From Pirellulales bacterium (lineage in GTDB: Bacteria; Planctomycetota; Planctomycetia; Pirellulales; JANQPP01): a DNA stretch of 64,000 bases. The stretch covers positions 1,092-65,091 of the forward strand of contig JANQPP010000206.1 of assembly GCA_028289405.1 (NCBI GenBank), written 5' to 3'. The stretch's first letter is position 1. Each line of letters starts with the position of its first letter. The notes under the pieces were generated by a model, which searched no databases, was not told the origin of the DNA, and saw only the letters and a program-made list of their open reading frames with translations. A program made the position numbers and the translations under genes. Of this stretch, positions 48,845-57,463 are shown in pieces.

Positions 48845-50158
48845 ATGCGGCTAAGCCCATTCATTTCGTATTGGGCGGCCAAATCTCACGCAGTTGTGTT
48901 GTGGGCCTGTTTCCTGGCATTCTGCCCATCCCTCCGCGTCTGCGGCGCGGAGGGGCTGGAAGCCCGTGACGCGGCCGGTTTTTATCATGTGTTCGGCGAT
49001 CACCTTGCGTTGCAAACGGACATACCCCCGGATCAAAGCATCGAGTCCCTGGTTCGCACTTTCGATGCCGCCTTTCCCGCATGGTGTGATTGGTTTGAAA
49101 TTTCGCCGGAAGCCCACCAGCGCTGGCGGATGAACGGCTATCTGATGCGGGACAAGGAACGCTTCTTGCGATCGGGCGACCTTCCGGCAAGCCTGCCCGA
49201 CTTCGCGAATGGCTATTCACGTGGCCACGAACTATGGTGCCATGACCAGACGAGTGAAGAATATCGCCGGCACCTTTTGCTGCACGAAGGGGTGCATGGT
49301 TTCATGGAAACCGTGGCAAAAAGCCATGGCCCTCCCTGGTATTTGGAGGGACTCGCGGAACTGCTCGCGCTGCACCGTTGGAACGGGAAGTCACTGGAAG
49401 TCGGTACCATTCCCAAGAGTCCGGCGGAAGTACCGAGGTGGGGCCGAATCGAGATGATTCAAGATGCGGTGCGCCGCCAGGCCGCGCTGACCAGCCGGCA
49501 AGTGTTTCACCTGGGCCCCAACGCGCATCTGCAAGTGGAAGCGTACGCCTGGTCTTGGGCCATGGCCGCGTTCCTCGAAGCGGATCCCAATTTCCGTGAG
49601 CGCTTTCGTGAGCTTCCCCGGCAGACCCGTCGCGAAGATTGGCGGAAAAGCTTCGAGGCATTCCAGCAAGAACTGCAACCCCTGCTGGAACCGGCCTGGA
49701 ACGTCTTCATCCATGACCTGGACTACGGCTACGATTTTCAGCGGAACGCCTTGGAGTTCGCTCCGGGCACGCCAATAAAGCCGAACCAAACCGCCTCTTT
49801 CGAGATTTCGGTGGAACGTGGTTGGCAGAATTCCGGCGTCCAAGTCCGCAAGGGAGAAACATACCAACTTCAAGCCCGAGGACGCTTTCAAATCGCCCAA
49901 GAACCCACGACCTGGTGGTGCGAACCGCCAGGCGTCACGATCCATTACTATCGCGGTCGGCCTCTTGGCCAACTCCTAGCGGCAGTACTCCCGGACCATA
50001 AGGCGACTCCCTCTTGGGCCCCCTTCGCCGTCGGTGAGCAGCATGAATGGCGGGTCAAAACAACCGGCACGCTGTACCTGCGGATCAATGAATCTCCGGG
50101 AAAACTGGCCGACAATCGCGGAAGCATCGAAGTTACGCTGCGAACTCTCGCGAGGTGA
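48845..50158 (+). CDS. Secreted HExxH protein (putative zinc metallopeptidase, DUF1570-like)
   Basis: Start refined to 'MRLSPFISYWAAKSHAVVLWACFLAF' (signal peptide); 'LLLHEGVHGFMETV' HExxH motif. Confidence 0.5.
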   Translation: MRLSPFISYWAAKSHAVVLWACFLAFCPSLRVCGAEGLEARDAAGFYHVFGDHLALQTDIPPDQSIESLVRTFDAAFPAWCDWFEISPEAHQRWRMNGYLMRDKERFLRSGDLPASLPDFANGYSRGHELWCHDQTSEEYRRHLLLHEGVHGFMETVAKSHGPPWYLEGLAELLALHRWNGKSLEVGTIPKSPAEVPRWGRIEMIQDAVRRQAALTSRQVFHLGPNAHLQVEAYAWSWAMAAFLEADPNFRERFRELPRQTRREDWRKSFEAFQQELQPLLEPAWNVFIHDLDYGYDFQRNALEFAPGTPIKPNQTASFEISVERGWQNSGVQVRKGETYQLQARGRFQIAQEPTTWWCEPPGVTIHYYRGRPLGQLLAAVLPDHKATPSWAPFAVGEQHEWRVKTTGTLYLRINESPGKLADNRGSIEVTLRTLAR

Positions 50159-50374
50159 ATTCCGCGCCACGCCTTGGCAGCCGTGTGGCGAACGGTGACA
50201 ATACTTAGACCCTAGAGACATAACATCGCAGCATCCGTGATTTTGGGCGTCCGGCGGCCGTGAAACGCCGACGGACGAAACAAACGGGGGGTTTTGTCCG
50301 TTGGCTTTTGGAATACGTCACCTGAATTGACTTCCGCGACTACCTTGTGGGATTCCGCCAGAAAGGAACTTTTC

Positions 50375-51697
50375 ATGAAGCGGCTACTCGTCGTTCATCT
50401 TTGCTGGACCGTATGGGCATGCCTGGCTGGCAACTCCGCGGGCGATGATTGGCCACAATGGCTGGGCCCCCAAAGGGACAGCGTCTGGCGTGAAACGGGC
50501 ATCGTGGAAAAATTTCCCGAGGAAGGGCTGCCTATCAAATGGCGCGCACCATTGGCGGGCGGTTATGGCGGACCCGCCGTGGCGAATCAGCGGGTCTACG
50601 TCATGGATTATCTTCGCACCGACGGGGACGCCTCGAACAACCCTGGCACGCGCAACGAGCTCACGGGGCAGGAACGCGTGCATTGCCTGGACGTGGAAAC
50701 CGGCGACAAGCTTTGGATGCACGCCTACGACCGCCCCTACCAAATCTCGTACCCGGCGGGCCCGCGGGCCACTCCAACGGTCAATGACGGTAAAGTGTAC
50801 ACGCTCGGAGCGGAGGGCGATCTGTATTGCCTTGATGCGGAAACCGGTGAAGTAGCCTGGTCGAAGCAACTCCGCGACGAATATCAAGCCGAAACGCCGA
50901 TTTGGGGTTTCTGCGGCCACCCGCTCGTGGTCGGAGACAAGTTATTTTGCATCGTGGGCGGTGAAGGAAGCGTGGCGGTCGCCTTCAACAAACATACCGG
51001 CGAAGAGATTTGGCGGGCTCTCACCGCACGAGAACCGGGATACGCCCCCCCCACCCTGATCGAGGCAGCCGGTGTCCCCCAGTTGCTTATCTGGCATGCC
51101 GAGTCGCTGAATAGCCTCAATCCCGATACCGGCGAGGTTTATTGGTCGATTCCCTTGGAGCCGGATTACGGCATGTCCATCATGGCCCCGCGCCGTGACG
51201 GCGATTACCTGTTTGCCAGCGGGATTGGAAACGTTGGTGCATTGATTGAACTCGGCAGTGATGAACCTTCCGCCGAAATCGTCTGGCGAGGAGACAGCAG
51301 CAACGCGGTCTACTGCGCGAATAGTACACCCTTCATCGAGGAGGGAACCATCTACGGCTGCTGCTGCCGCCAAGGACAGTTCCGCGCCGTGAACTTGGAA
51401 ACGGCGGAGCGGTTGTGGGAAACCTTCGAGCCCACGACCGGTGACCGCCGGGCGGGACATGGAACCGCGTTCATCGTCAAACATGAGAATGAATTTTTCC
51501 TCTTCAGTGAAACGGGCGACCTGATTCGGGCTCGCTTGTCACCGGATGGCTACGAAGAATTGGATCGCTTCCATGTGCTGGAACCGACCGGTGAAGCCTT
51601 TGGCCGCAAGGTGTTGTGGAGCCATCCCGCCTTCGCCAACAAGTGCATGTATGCTCGAAATGACCAGGAAATCGTCTGCGTTTCGCTAGCCCAATAG
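50375..51697 (+). CDS. PQQ-like beta-propeller repeat protein
   Basis: Start refined to 'MKRLLVVHLCWTVWACLAG' (signal peptide). Repeated 'G.VY...DG.LYCLDAETGE..W' propeller blades. Confidence 0.7.
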   Translation: MKRLLVVHLCWTVWACLAGNSAGDDWPQWLGPQRDSVWRETGIVEKFPEEGLPIKWRAPLAGGYGGPAVANQRVYVMDYLRTDGDASNNPGTRNELTGQERVHCLDVETGDKLWMHAYDRPYQISYPAGPRATPTVNDGKVYTLGAEGDLYCLDAETGEVAWSKQLRDEYQAETPIWGFCGHPLVVGDKLFCIVGGEGSVAVAFNKHTGEEIWRALTAREPGYAPPTLIEAAGVPQLLIWHAESLNSLNPDTGEVYWSIPLEPDYGMSIMAPRRDGDYLFASGIGNVGALIELGSDEPSAEIVWRGDSSNAVYCANSTPFIEEGTIYGCCCRQGQFRAVNLETAERLWETFEPTTGDRRAGHGTAFIVKHENEFFLFSETGDLIRARLSPDGYEELDRFHVLEPTGEAFGRKVLWSHPAFANKCMYARNDQEIVCVSLAQ

Positions 51698-51917
51698 ATT
51701 CGCGTGCCGCCAGCTGGAGTTGCTGCGGGGAGATTACCTCGACTTAAATGCCGCATTCCATCAATGGTGACCAGCGAGAGAAGCGCCTCCCTTCCACCAA
51801 GATTACGCGTGGCTTAGAATACGTTGCGAAAGAGCGTTTCCGAATGAAGGTAGCGCTTGAGGAGAATTGCGACAGCACTAGGCTAAGCTGCGCGCGATAA
51901 GCTCAGTGCCGCACTTC

Positions 51918-51990
51918 GCCCCCTTAGCTCAACTGGCAGAGCATCTGACTCTTAATCAGAGGGTTGAAGGTTCGAGTCCTTCAGGGGGCA
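51918..51990 (+). tRNA. tRNA-Lys (anticodon CTT)
   Basis: 73-nt cloverleaf: acceptor GCCCCCT/AGGGGGC, D-arm GCTC..GAGC, anticodon stem TCTGA/TCAGA with loop CTCTTAA (anticodon CTT), T-arm GAAGG TTCGAGT CCTTC, discriminator A. CCA not encoded. Confidence 0.8.
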
Positions 51991-52100
51991 CTTCCTAAGT
52001 CTAGCCGATGCCTTAACTTAGGCTCCTGCTCTATCGGCGGTGCGGCATATTCCTAAAGCGAAAATGGTATCACTGATACCTTTTCGGAGGAGCGAGCCGC

Positions 52101-53318
52101 ATGCGAATCCCCAAGTACCGCCGCAATCCAGACGGTCGCGCGTTCGCGGAAATTCCGGGAAGCGGACGGAAACGCGTGTACTTTGGTCGTCACGGAGACC
52201 CCGAGTCCAAACGGAAATACGAACTCTGGGTATCCCGGCTTCTGGCGGCAGATGGCCCGATACTTGATGCCGACACCACTGAAAACGCGTCGATTGCAGA
52301 GCTAGTCGAACGGTACATGCGGCACGTCGAACGGATGTCGAGGAACCCAAAGGAACGTTCTTCAATCACCGGCGTAATGCGGCGGTTTTACTCGCAATTC
52401 GCTAGGGTGCCGGCGAAGAACTTCGGGCCTCGAATGCTTGTGCAGTTCCAAGATGAGCTAGCACGAGCCGGATACGCCCGAAAGACCATCAACCAAATGG
52501 TCGGAAGGGTGAAACGCTTTTTCAAATGGTGCACTCAACAAGAACTGCTGCCTCCGTCCATTTACCATGGACTCGCCACCATAGACGGAGTCCGACGAGG
52601 GCAACCCGGAGTGAAGGAATCGCATCCAGTCAAGCCTGTACCATGGGACGACGTTCAAGCGACCCTCCCGCACGTCAGCCCAACGGTGGCCGCACTGATC
52701 CAGGTGCAATACTTTTGTGGTCTTCGGCCAGGAGAAGCTACCATCATGCGTCGAAAGGACATCGACGCGTCAGGTGACATCTGGATCTACTCGCCGGCTA
52801 AACACAAAAACCTATGGCGCGGACACCACCTCGTGAAAGCCATACCGCGTGTGGCGCAAGAATTGATTAAGCCGCTTTTTCTCGCCGACGCAGACGCGTA
52901 TCTGTTTCGACCGGAGGATTCTGTTCGTTGGTGGGGGACGATGCGAGGTGCTGACACTCACGAACGAAAAACAAAAGTCTACCCGTCGGAAATCCGTTCC
53001 AGGGAAAGGCGGAAATCCGAGCGGGAAACCAACTATGGCGCTGGCAAGCTTCGACCTTGCTACGACACCCATTCTTACCGGCAGGCGGTGCGGCATGGAA
53101 TCCGCCGTGCCAGGAAGATGGGCGAGAATTTGGAATTCTGGACTCCACACCAGCTTCGCCACGGTGTCGCCACGGAGATATCCAAGTCGCTTGGGCAGCA
53201 AGCCGCACAGCGTTGGCTGGGGCACGCAAAACTCGATACAACAAGCATCTACGCTGAAAAACAACTGTCGGAACTCTTGGACATTGCCCGCGAACTCGAC
53301 AAACGCTGGGCAAGCTGA
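52101..53318 (+). CDS. int: Tyrosine-type site-specific integrase (phage integrase family)
   Basis: 405 aa; catalytic region 'TPHQLRHGVATEI...LGHAKLDTTSIYAE' (R..HxxR..Y); SAM-like N-domain. 110 nt downstream of tRNA-Lys. Confidence 0.85.
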   Translation: MRIPKYRRNPDGRAFAEIPGSGRKRVYFGRHGDPESKRKYELWVSRLLAADGPILDADTTENASIAELVERYMRHVERMSRNPKERSSITGVMRRFYSQFARVPAKNFGPRMLVQFQDELARAGYARKTINQMVGRVKRFFKWCTQQELLPPSIYHGLATIDGVRRGQPGVKESHPVKPVPWDDVQATLPHVSPTVAALIQVQYFCGLRPGEATIMRRKDIDASGDIWIYSPAKHKNLWRGHHLVKAIPRVAQELIKPLFLADADAYLFRPEDSVRWWGTMRGADTHERKTKVYPSEIRSRERRKSERETNYGAGKLRPCYDTHSYRQAVRHGIRRARKMGENLEFWTPHQLRHGVATEISKSLGQQAAQRWLGHAKLDTTSIYAEKQLSELLDIARELDKRWAS

Positions 53319-53466
53319 TCCTGGAATTGCCTCTCGCGTGCAAATTCCACGGCATGCCTGACGGAATCCTCCGCGAACTGACGTAGGTTTTCCTCTGCGA
53401 TCCATTCGACGAGTGCTCTGCTTTGGACTCCTTTCGTTTTCGATTTCCGTTTCCCCTTCTTCCCCA

Positions 53467-53835
53467 TCACTGCACCTCCCTCCACTCAACCTTCCCCCCT
53501 TCCAAAATCTCTCCCACGATCGGTAGCTCAGGCAGCCGGTCACGCGGCACCACGGCCACGGGGACCACGTTGCTCTTCGGGTCCGGCTTGGGGATGTCCT
53601 TCTTCAAGACGACCGCCGTGGCGGGGCTCATGCGGCCCTCGGCGTCCGGCGTCTTGTGATGCGTCCTGACAAAGAGGTGCTTGCGGGTTTTCATCACGAT
53701 CTGACCAGGGCGGATCGGCATGGGGATGTCAATCCATGTGTCTTGGCCAATGCGACCGCGTACGCTCAGCGCGGAACGAGAAGACATTGCATCTTCCTCC
53801 TTCATGGGGGGTCCGTCAGACAACGTGGCAAACAT
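53467..53835 (-). CDS. Hypothetical small protein next to integrase
   Basis: 122 aa, no recognised motif; position suggests an excisionase/regulator candidate, but this is unsupported. Confidence 0.3.
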   Translation of the reverse strand: MFATLSDGPPMKEEDAMSSRSALSVRGRIGQDTWIDIPMPIRPGQIVMKTRKHLFVRTHHKTPDAEGRMSPATAVVLKKDIPKPDPKSNVVPVAVVPRDRLPELPIVGEILEGGKVEWREVQ

Positions 53836-54142
53836 CGTGCCACGCAGGTTGATGGAAAGAGGCGACGATCGGCGTCGCGCCGGCTGCCAAGTCCGGCAGG
53901 GTTACGCTTCCGCGAATCCTCCTGAATTTCTCACGGGCAGCAGAGAGTGTACATAAATACACCGAAGTGTCAATCAGCGAATTTGCATTTTTTGCAGAGG
54001 TGGGAGGCGAGCGCTGCCTGGCCTCACTTCCAAATTCTCTTTGGCGGCATAGAGTGACAATAGTTGCACATGTCGGCGAGGCTGTTGAGGCATGACGCAA
54101 ATTCTGATATGTTTCCGCTGAACGCTGGGAAATGTACGGAGT

Positions 54143-54577
54143 TTGGACATGAATCCAACAGCTACGGAAGCGGCTCTTTGGGAATTCCCTGGAAAGAGTC
54201 CATCGGGCGTTGTCAACAAGTTGTTCACAATCAAGCCGCAGTCGTTGCTTGACCACCTACAAGCAACAGGCAATCATTCCAAGCTCAACGAAGCTTGGCA
54301 TATTCCTGACATCTGCTCCAATCCAAATGGAATTTGGCGAGGCTTGGATCGCGTTGGGCAGGAAGAAGCGTACTGTTATGTAGGCTTTCCCACGGGGGAA
54401 TTCGCCAAAAAGCATGGTGTAAATGTGGAAATCCATTCTGGATTGGTCATGCTGGTATTTACCGACCCTGAGCTTGTAGTTACAAAATGGCGGCTTTGCC
54501 AACCCGACAAGGTCAATCAATCTTGGCCAGAGGGCCACGATACTAGATTTGGAGAGCGAATATGGCCCAAGGACTAG
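54143..54577 (+). CDS. Hypothetical protein, possible DUF4258/RelE-like toxin component
   Basis: 144 aa in an AT-rich segment. 'GVNVEIHSGLVMLVFTDPELVVTKW' resembles the DUF4258 core. 16-nt overlap with the downstream gene (translational coupling). Confidence 0.4.
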   Translation: MDMNPTATEAALWEFPGKSPSGVVNKLFTIKPQSLLDHLQATGNHSKLNEAWHIPDICSNPNGIWRGLDRVGQEEAYCYVGFPTGEFAKKHGVNVEIHSGLVMLVFTDPELVVTKWRLCQPDKVNQSWPEGHDTRFGERIWPKD

Positions 54578-54996
54578 ATGCATTTGCGGCACATCTAAAA
54601 CGCTCCACGGATGTCATGGGAGAGTTCCGGTCGGAACCGTTTTATCAAACGGAAACTGACACTTTGATCTTTTACTTCCGCGATACTCCATCGTACGAGA
54701 AGCGTATTACAAAATACTTGACAATATTCCTTGCGGTCGAAGACGACAGTCTTGTCGGAATCGAAATCAAGGGGATCAAAGTCATCATGATGGCCATCCA
54801 AAACCTTGGAGATGTTCCCATCTCTGAGCCGATCGAAGTGAAAGATGAAGATGGGGAACTAATTCACATGAGCTTCGTGATGCATTTCGCCTTGGGCTTT
54901 GAGCAGCTAGAGGCCATCTCGGGTACGCAATACGAGCAGCTTCGCGATCAAGTGAAAGAATTTAGGGTCAGACGCAGTGATGTGTGTCCCGCCTGA
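54562..54996 (+). CDS. DUF2283-like protein (putative antitoxin-type partner) with extra C-terminal domain
   Basis: 144 aa; 'ETDTLIFYFRDTPSYEKRITKYLTIFLAVEDDSLVGIEIKG' follows the DUF2283 pattern (D.LYI....VD.DG.LVGIEI). Confidence 0.45.
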   Translation: MAQGLDAFAAHLKRSTDVMGEFRSEPFYQTETDTLIFYFRDTPSYEKRITKYLTIFLAVEDDSLVGIEIKGIKVIMMAIQNLGDVPISEPIEVKDEDGELIHMSFVMHFALGFEQLEAISGTQYEQLRDQVKEFRVRRSDVCPA

Positions 54997-55032
54997 ACGA
55001 TCGTAAGCAGTTCTATCACAAATGTTTACTCA

Positions 55033-55062
55033 CCCCGACGCCCACCCGTCGGGGTTTTTTAT
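55033..55062 (+). terminator. Rho-independent terminator
   Basis: 'CCCCGACG' - loop 'CCCACC' - 'CGTCGGGG' followed by 'TTTTTTAT'; 37 nt after the stop of the 54562..54996 gene. Confidence 0.6.
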
Positions 55063-55096
55063 TGCCCCCGCCCCACGCCCCAGTCAGAATGGGTGC

Positions 55097-55249
55097 ATGT
55101 CCACTCGCCTCCGCTCTTTTTTCATCGTCTGCATCCTCGCGGCCAGCATCGTGACGATGGTGGTCTACTGGAAGCCGTCGCTCGCGCAGACGAACTGGCT
55201 GCTGGCGTTTCTGGTCTGGCTCAAGGTGCTGGAGATGTGCCGGGAGTGA
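55097..55249 (+). CDS. Small membrane protein (hypothetical)
   Basis: 50 aa from internal ATG after the terminator: 'MSTRLRSFFIVCILAASIVTMVVYWKPSLAQTNWLLAFLVWLKVLEMCRE', two hydrophobic helices. Confidence 0.3.
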   Translation: MSTRLRSFFIVCILAASIVTMVVYWKPSLAQTNWLLAFLVWLKVLEMCRE

Positions 55250-55326
55250 GTTTTTGCTTGCCCCTCACGCCGCAAACAGACAGAATGGAGGTTGCCTAGT
55301 TTGACACAAGGGGGGGGCAGGGGCAC

Positions 55327-56154
55327 ATGAGCAAAGCTGTTTTGGGTTTTCTTTTGGGCTGCGGATTTGCTGCGGTTTGTTTTGGGATAGCCATCTTCTT
55401 CGCTCTCCCGAAGGAAAAGCACTCTGAACCGGCAATCGCTGATCTCCGAGATCGGGCTGCACCAGAGCCTGAAGTCGATTCAAGTGAGCCTGGCGATCGT
55501 AAGGCTGCCACAATTGAATCGCCAACGGAAAGCGACCACAAAGATGACCCCGACTATCTTCCGGTTGGTGATGATTCAGTTGACGTCGTCGGTGATCCCA
55601 TCGAACCGTGGTTTCGTGAGGCGCTCGAAAAGGTTTTCGATGAAATTGAAGAGAAATATCCAGAGGATGCGAAGAAACTTCGAAACGCATCCATTGGGTA
55701 CGAAACGGCGGGCGATCTCCTTAGAGATTTACAAAGCGGCGAGCTTTATCGGAAGGCAGGGTTTGAGCCTAAGTTCATGATCACAACGCCCCAAAGCGAC
55801 GCAACGCCTATCGGTGATGGCCCTGAGCACCCGAACCACTTCCGTGCCGTGAACAACACCAAAGACAAGTGCATGAATTTGCTCGCGCCCATCAGTGTTG
55901 GTAGCTTCCCGTGGTCGATGTTCTGGGGTTGGGTGAAGACTGATGACGGATATTGGTCTACAAAACAGCACGTGAACACGAAAAACGCTTTTGGTACGGA
56001 CGTCCGGTATCCATTCTTGGCCACGGTCAACGATGCTGGCGAAGTGATCGAATTTTACTTCTACGGTCGTGGCTCAGGGCACCTGCCGGATTTTGAAAAA
56101 TCCAAGCTGTACGAAATTCCCCAGAGCGTCATCGACTCCGTAAAAACAAAGTAG
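55327..56154 (+). CDS. Membrane-anchored hypothetical protein (prophage cargo)
   Basis: 275 aa; N-terminal TM 'AVLGFLLGCGFAAVCFGIAIFFAL', acidic linker, C-terminal globular region with W/Y-rich segment. Confidence 0.5.
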   Translation: MSKAVLGFLLGCGFAAVCFGIAIFFALPKEKHSEPAIADLRDRAAPEPEVDSSEPGDRKAATIESPTESDHKDDPDYLPVGDDSVDVVGDPIEPWFREALEKVFDEIEEKYPEDAKKLRNASIGYETAGDLLRDLQSGELYRKAGFEPKFMITTPQSDATPIGDGPEHPNHFRAVNNTKDKCMNLLAPISVGSFPWSMFWGWVKTDDGYWSTKQHVNTKNAFGTDVRYPFLATVNDAGEVIEFYFYGRGSGHLPDFEKSKLYEIPQSVIDSVKTK

Positions 56155-56163
56155 GCGTTTCAA

Positions 56164-56664
56164 GTGATGGCGGAGTGGTACGTACGCCAGGGAGGAAAAG
56201 AGCATGGCCCGATGGATGCGGCACGATTGAAATCCCTGGCCCAGCAGGGGCGGCTGAAGCCTGACAGCCACGTCCGCAAGGGAGCACAAACCAAGTGGTC
56301 GTCGGCATCCAATGTGAAGGGCCTGTTCGAAGAGCTCCAGCATTCCGTACCCGTGGTGGTGGAAGCCGAGATCGTGGAGCCGCCCGAACCGCCGCCCATG
56401 GCCGAGCCCGCCGCCCAGCCGGTTCACGTCCACGTGACGCAACAGACCGTGGTGGCGGCCCCGCAAGCCAAATGGAATCGCTTGTTGGCCATGTTGCTGA
56501 GCCTGATCATTCCTGGCTTGGGGCAGTGCTACAAAGGCCAGATCATCAACGGCGCGGTCTGGTTTTTCTTGACGATCATCGGCTATGTTACGTTCATCTT
56601 TCCGGGCGCCATCCTGCACATCTGTTGCGTGCTGGGGGCCGGGATGGGGGACCCGTATCGGTAG
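56164..56664 (+). CDS. DUF4339 (GYF-like) domain plus TM2-like membrane domain protein
   Basis: 'WYVRQGGKEHGPMDAARLKSLAQQGRLKPDSHV' matches the DUF4339 pattern. C-terminal 'LSLIIPGLGQCYKGQIINGAVWFFLTIIGYV' resembles the TM2/NINE domain. Confidence 0.5.
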   Translation: MMAEWYVRQGGKEHGPMDAARLKSLAQQGRLKPDSHVRKGAQTKWSSASNVKGLFEELQHSVPVVVEAEIVEPPEPPPMAEPAAQPVHVHVTQQTVVAAPQAKWNRLLAMLLSLIIPGLGQCYKGQIINGAVWFFLTIIGYVTFIFPGAILHICCVLGAGMGDPYR

Positions 56665-56671
56665 ACGTCCA

Positions 56672-57091
56672 ATGGATCTTTTTGATTGGTTTCGACGTGA
56701 ATCACGGTGCCCGGCGCAACACGACGTGGAGACGGGGTCTGCTGAAAGCATCGAATTCCCTGCATCGCCCCAGATGTGGCGGTACGTGGCCAAAGTTCGG
56801 AACGAGGATCATGGCGTCTATCTGATCTGCGAAGCCAAGGGCCCTGACGATGCCATCGATGCTGCCATGAAAGAAGCCACAAACCGATACGGTGTCGAAT
56901 GCACCACGGTTTGCTACGTCGCTCCCCTGACCAAGGATGAGATGCTTTTCTATGACACGTTCGGTGCAACCGCTGGTGTGACGCGGGTGTTTTATCGTCT
57001 CGGCGCGAACGACGATGACTTGGCCGAAGATCGTGAGCGGTTGGCCGCAGCCACAAGAGCAATTGTTCCTACGATGATTTGGGGGCCGTGA
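56672..57091 (+). CDS. Hypothetical protein
   Basis: Start refined to 'MDLFDWFRRESRCPAQHD'; 139 aa; no motif recognised. Confidence 0.4.
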   Translation: MDLFDWFRRESRCPAQHDVETGSAESIEFPASPQMWRYVAKVRNEDHGVYLICEAKGPDDAIDAAMKEATNRYGVECTTVCYVAPLTKDEMLFYDTFGATAGVTRVFYRLGANDDDLAEDRERLAAATRAIVPTMIWGP

Positions 57092-57455
57092 TCTCCGCTT
57101 CCCACCTCGGCGGATCGTCCGGGCAGCTCTCCGTAGCCCAGGCCAGCTTGTTCCGCAGCACGCCGCTCCGCCTGACTGGACAGCCGCACAGCGTGCAAGC
57201 GTGATCATGAAACCTGGGACATGCCTCGCAGATGGCATGAAGTTCCCGCATGCGTTCCTTGCTCCGCACGGGCCGCCCTGCCGCGATCCATTTGGCTGCC
57301 GCCTTGGAAAACGTCCGCGCGCGATCGGCCAGGGGGGGGCTTTCGGGAGGCGAAGCTGGGCACATGCGGCGAGGCTTTTCCTTGCCCTTGCGCACGTCGC
57401 CGCAGCGCAGGCAACGCATCGTCTCCCTGCCGGTCCAACGGTAGTCACAGTCCAC
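57069..57455 (-). CDS. Cys-rich putative zinc-finger protein downstream of tail fiber
   Basis: 128 aa; 'CLRCGD', 'CEACPRFHDHACTLCGC'. Competing overlapping ORFs make this call uncertain. Confidence 0.35.
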   Translation of the reverse strand: MDCDYRWTGRETMRCLRCGDVRKGKEKPRRMCPASPPESPPLADRARTFSKAAAKWIAAGRPVRSKERMRELHAICEACPRFHDHACTLCGCPVRRSGVLRNKLAWATESCPDDPPRWEAEITAPKSS

Positions 57456-57463
57456 GGTTCACC

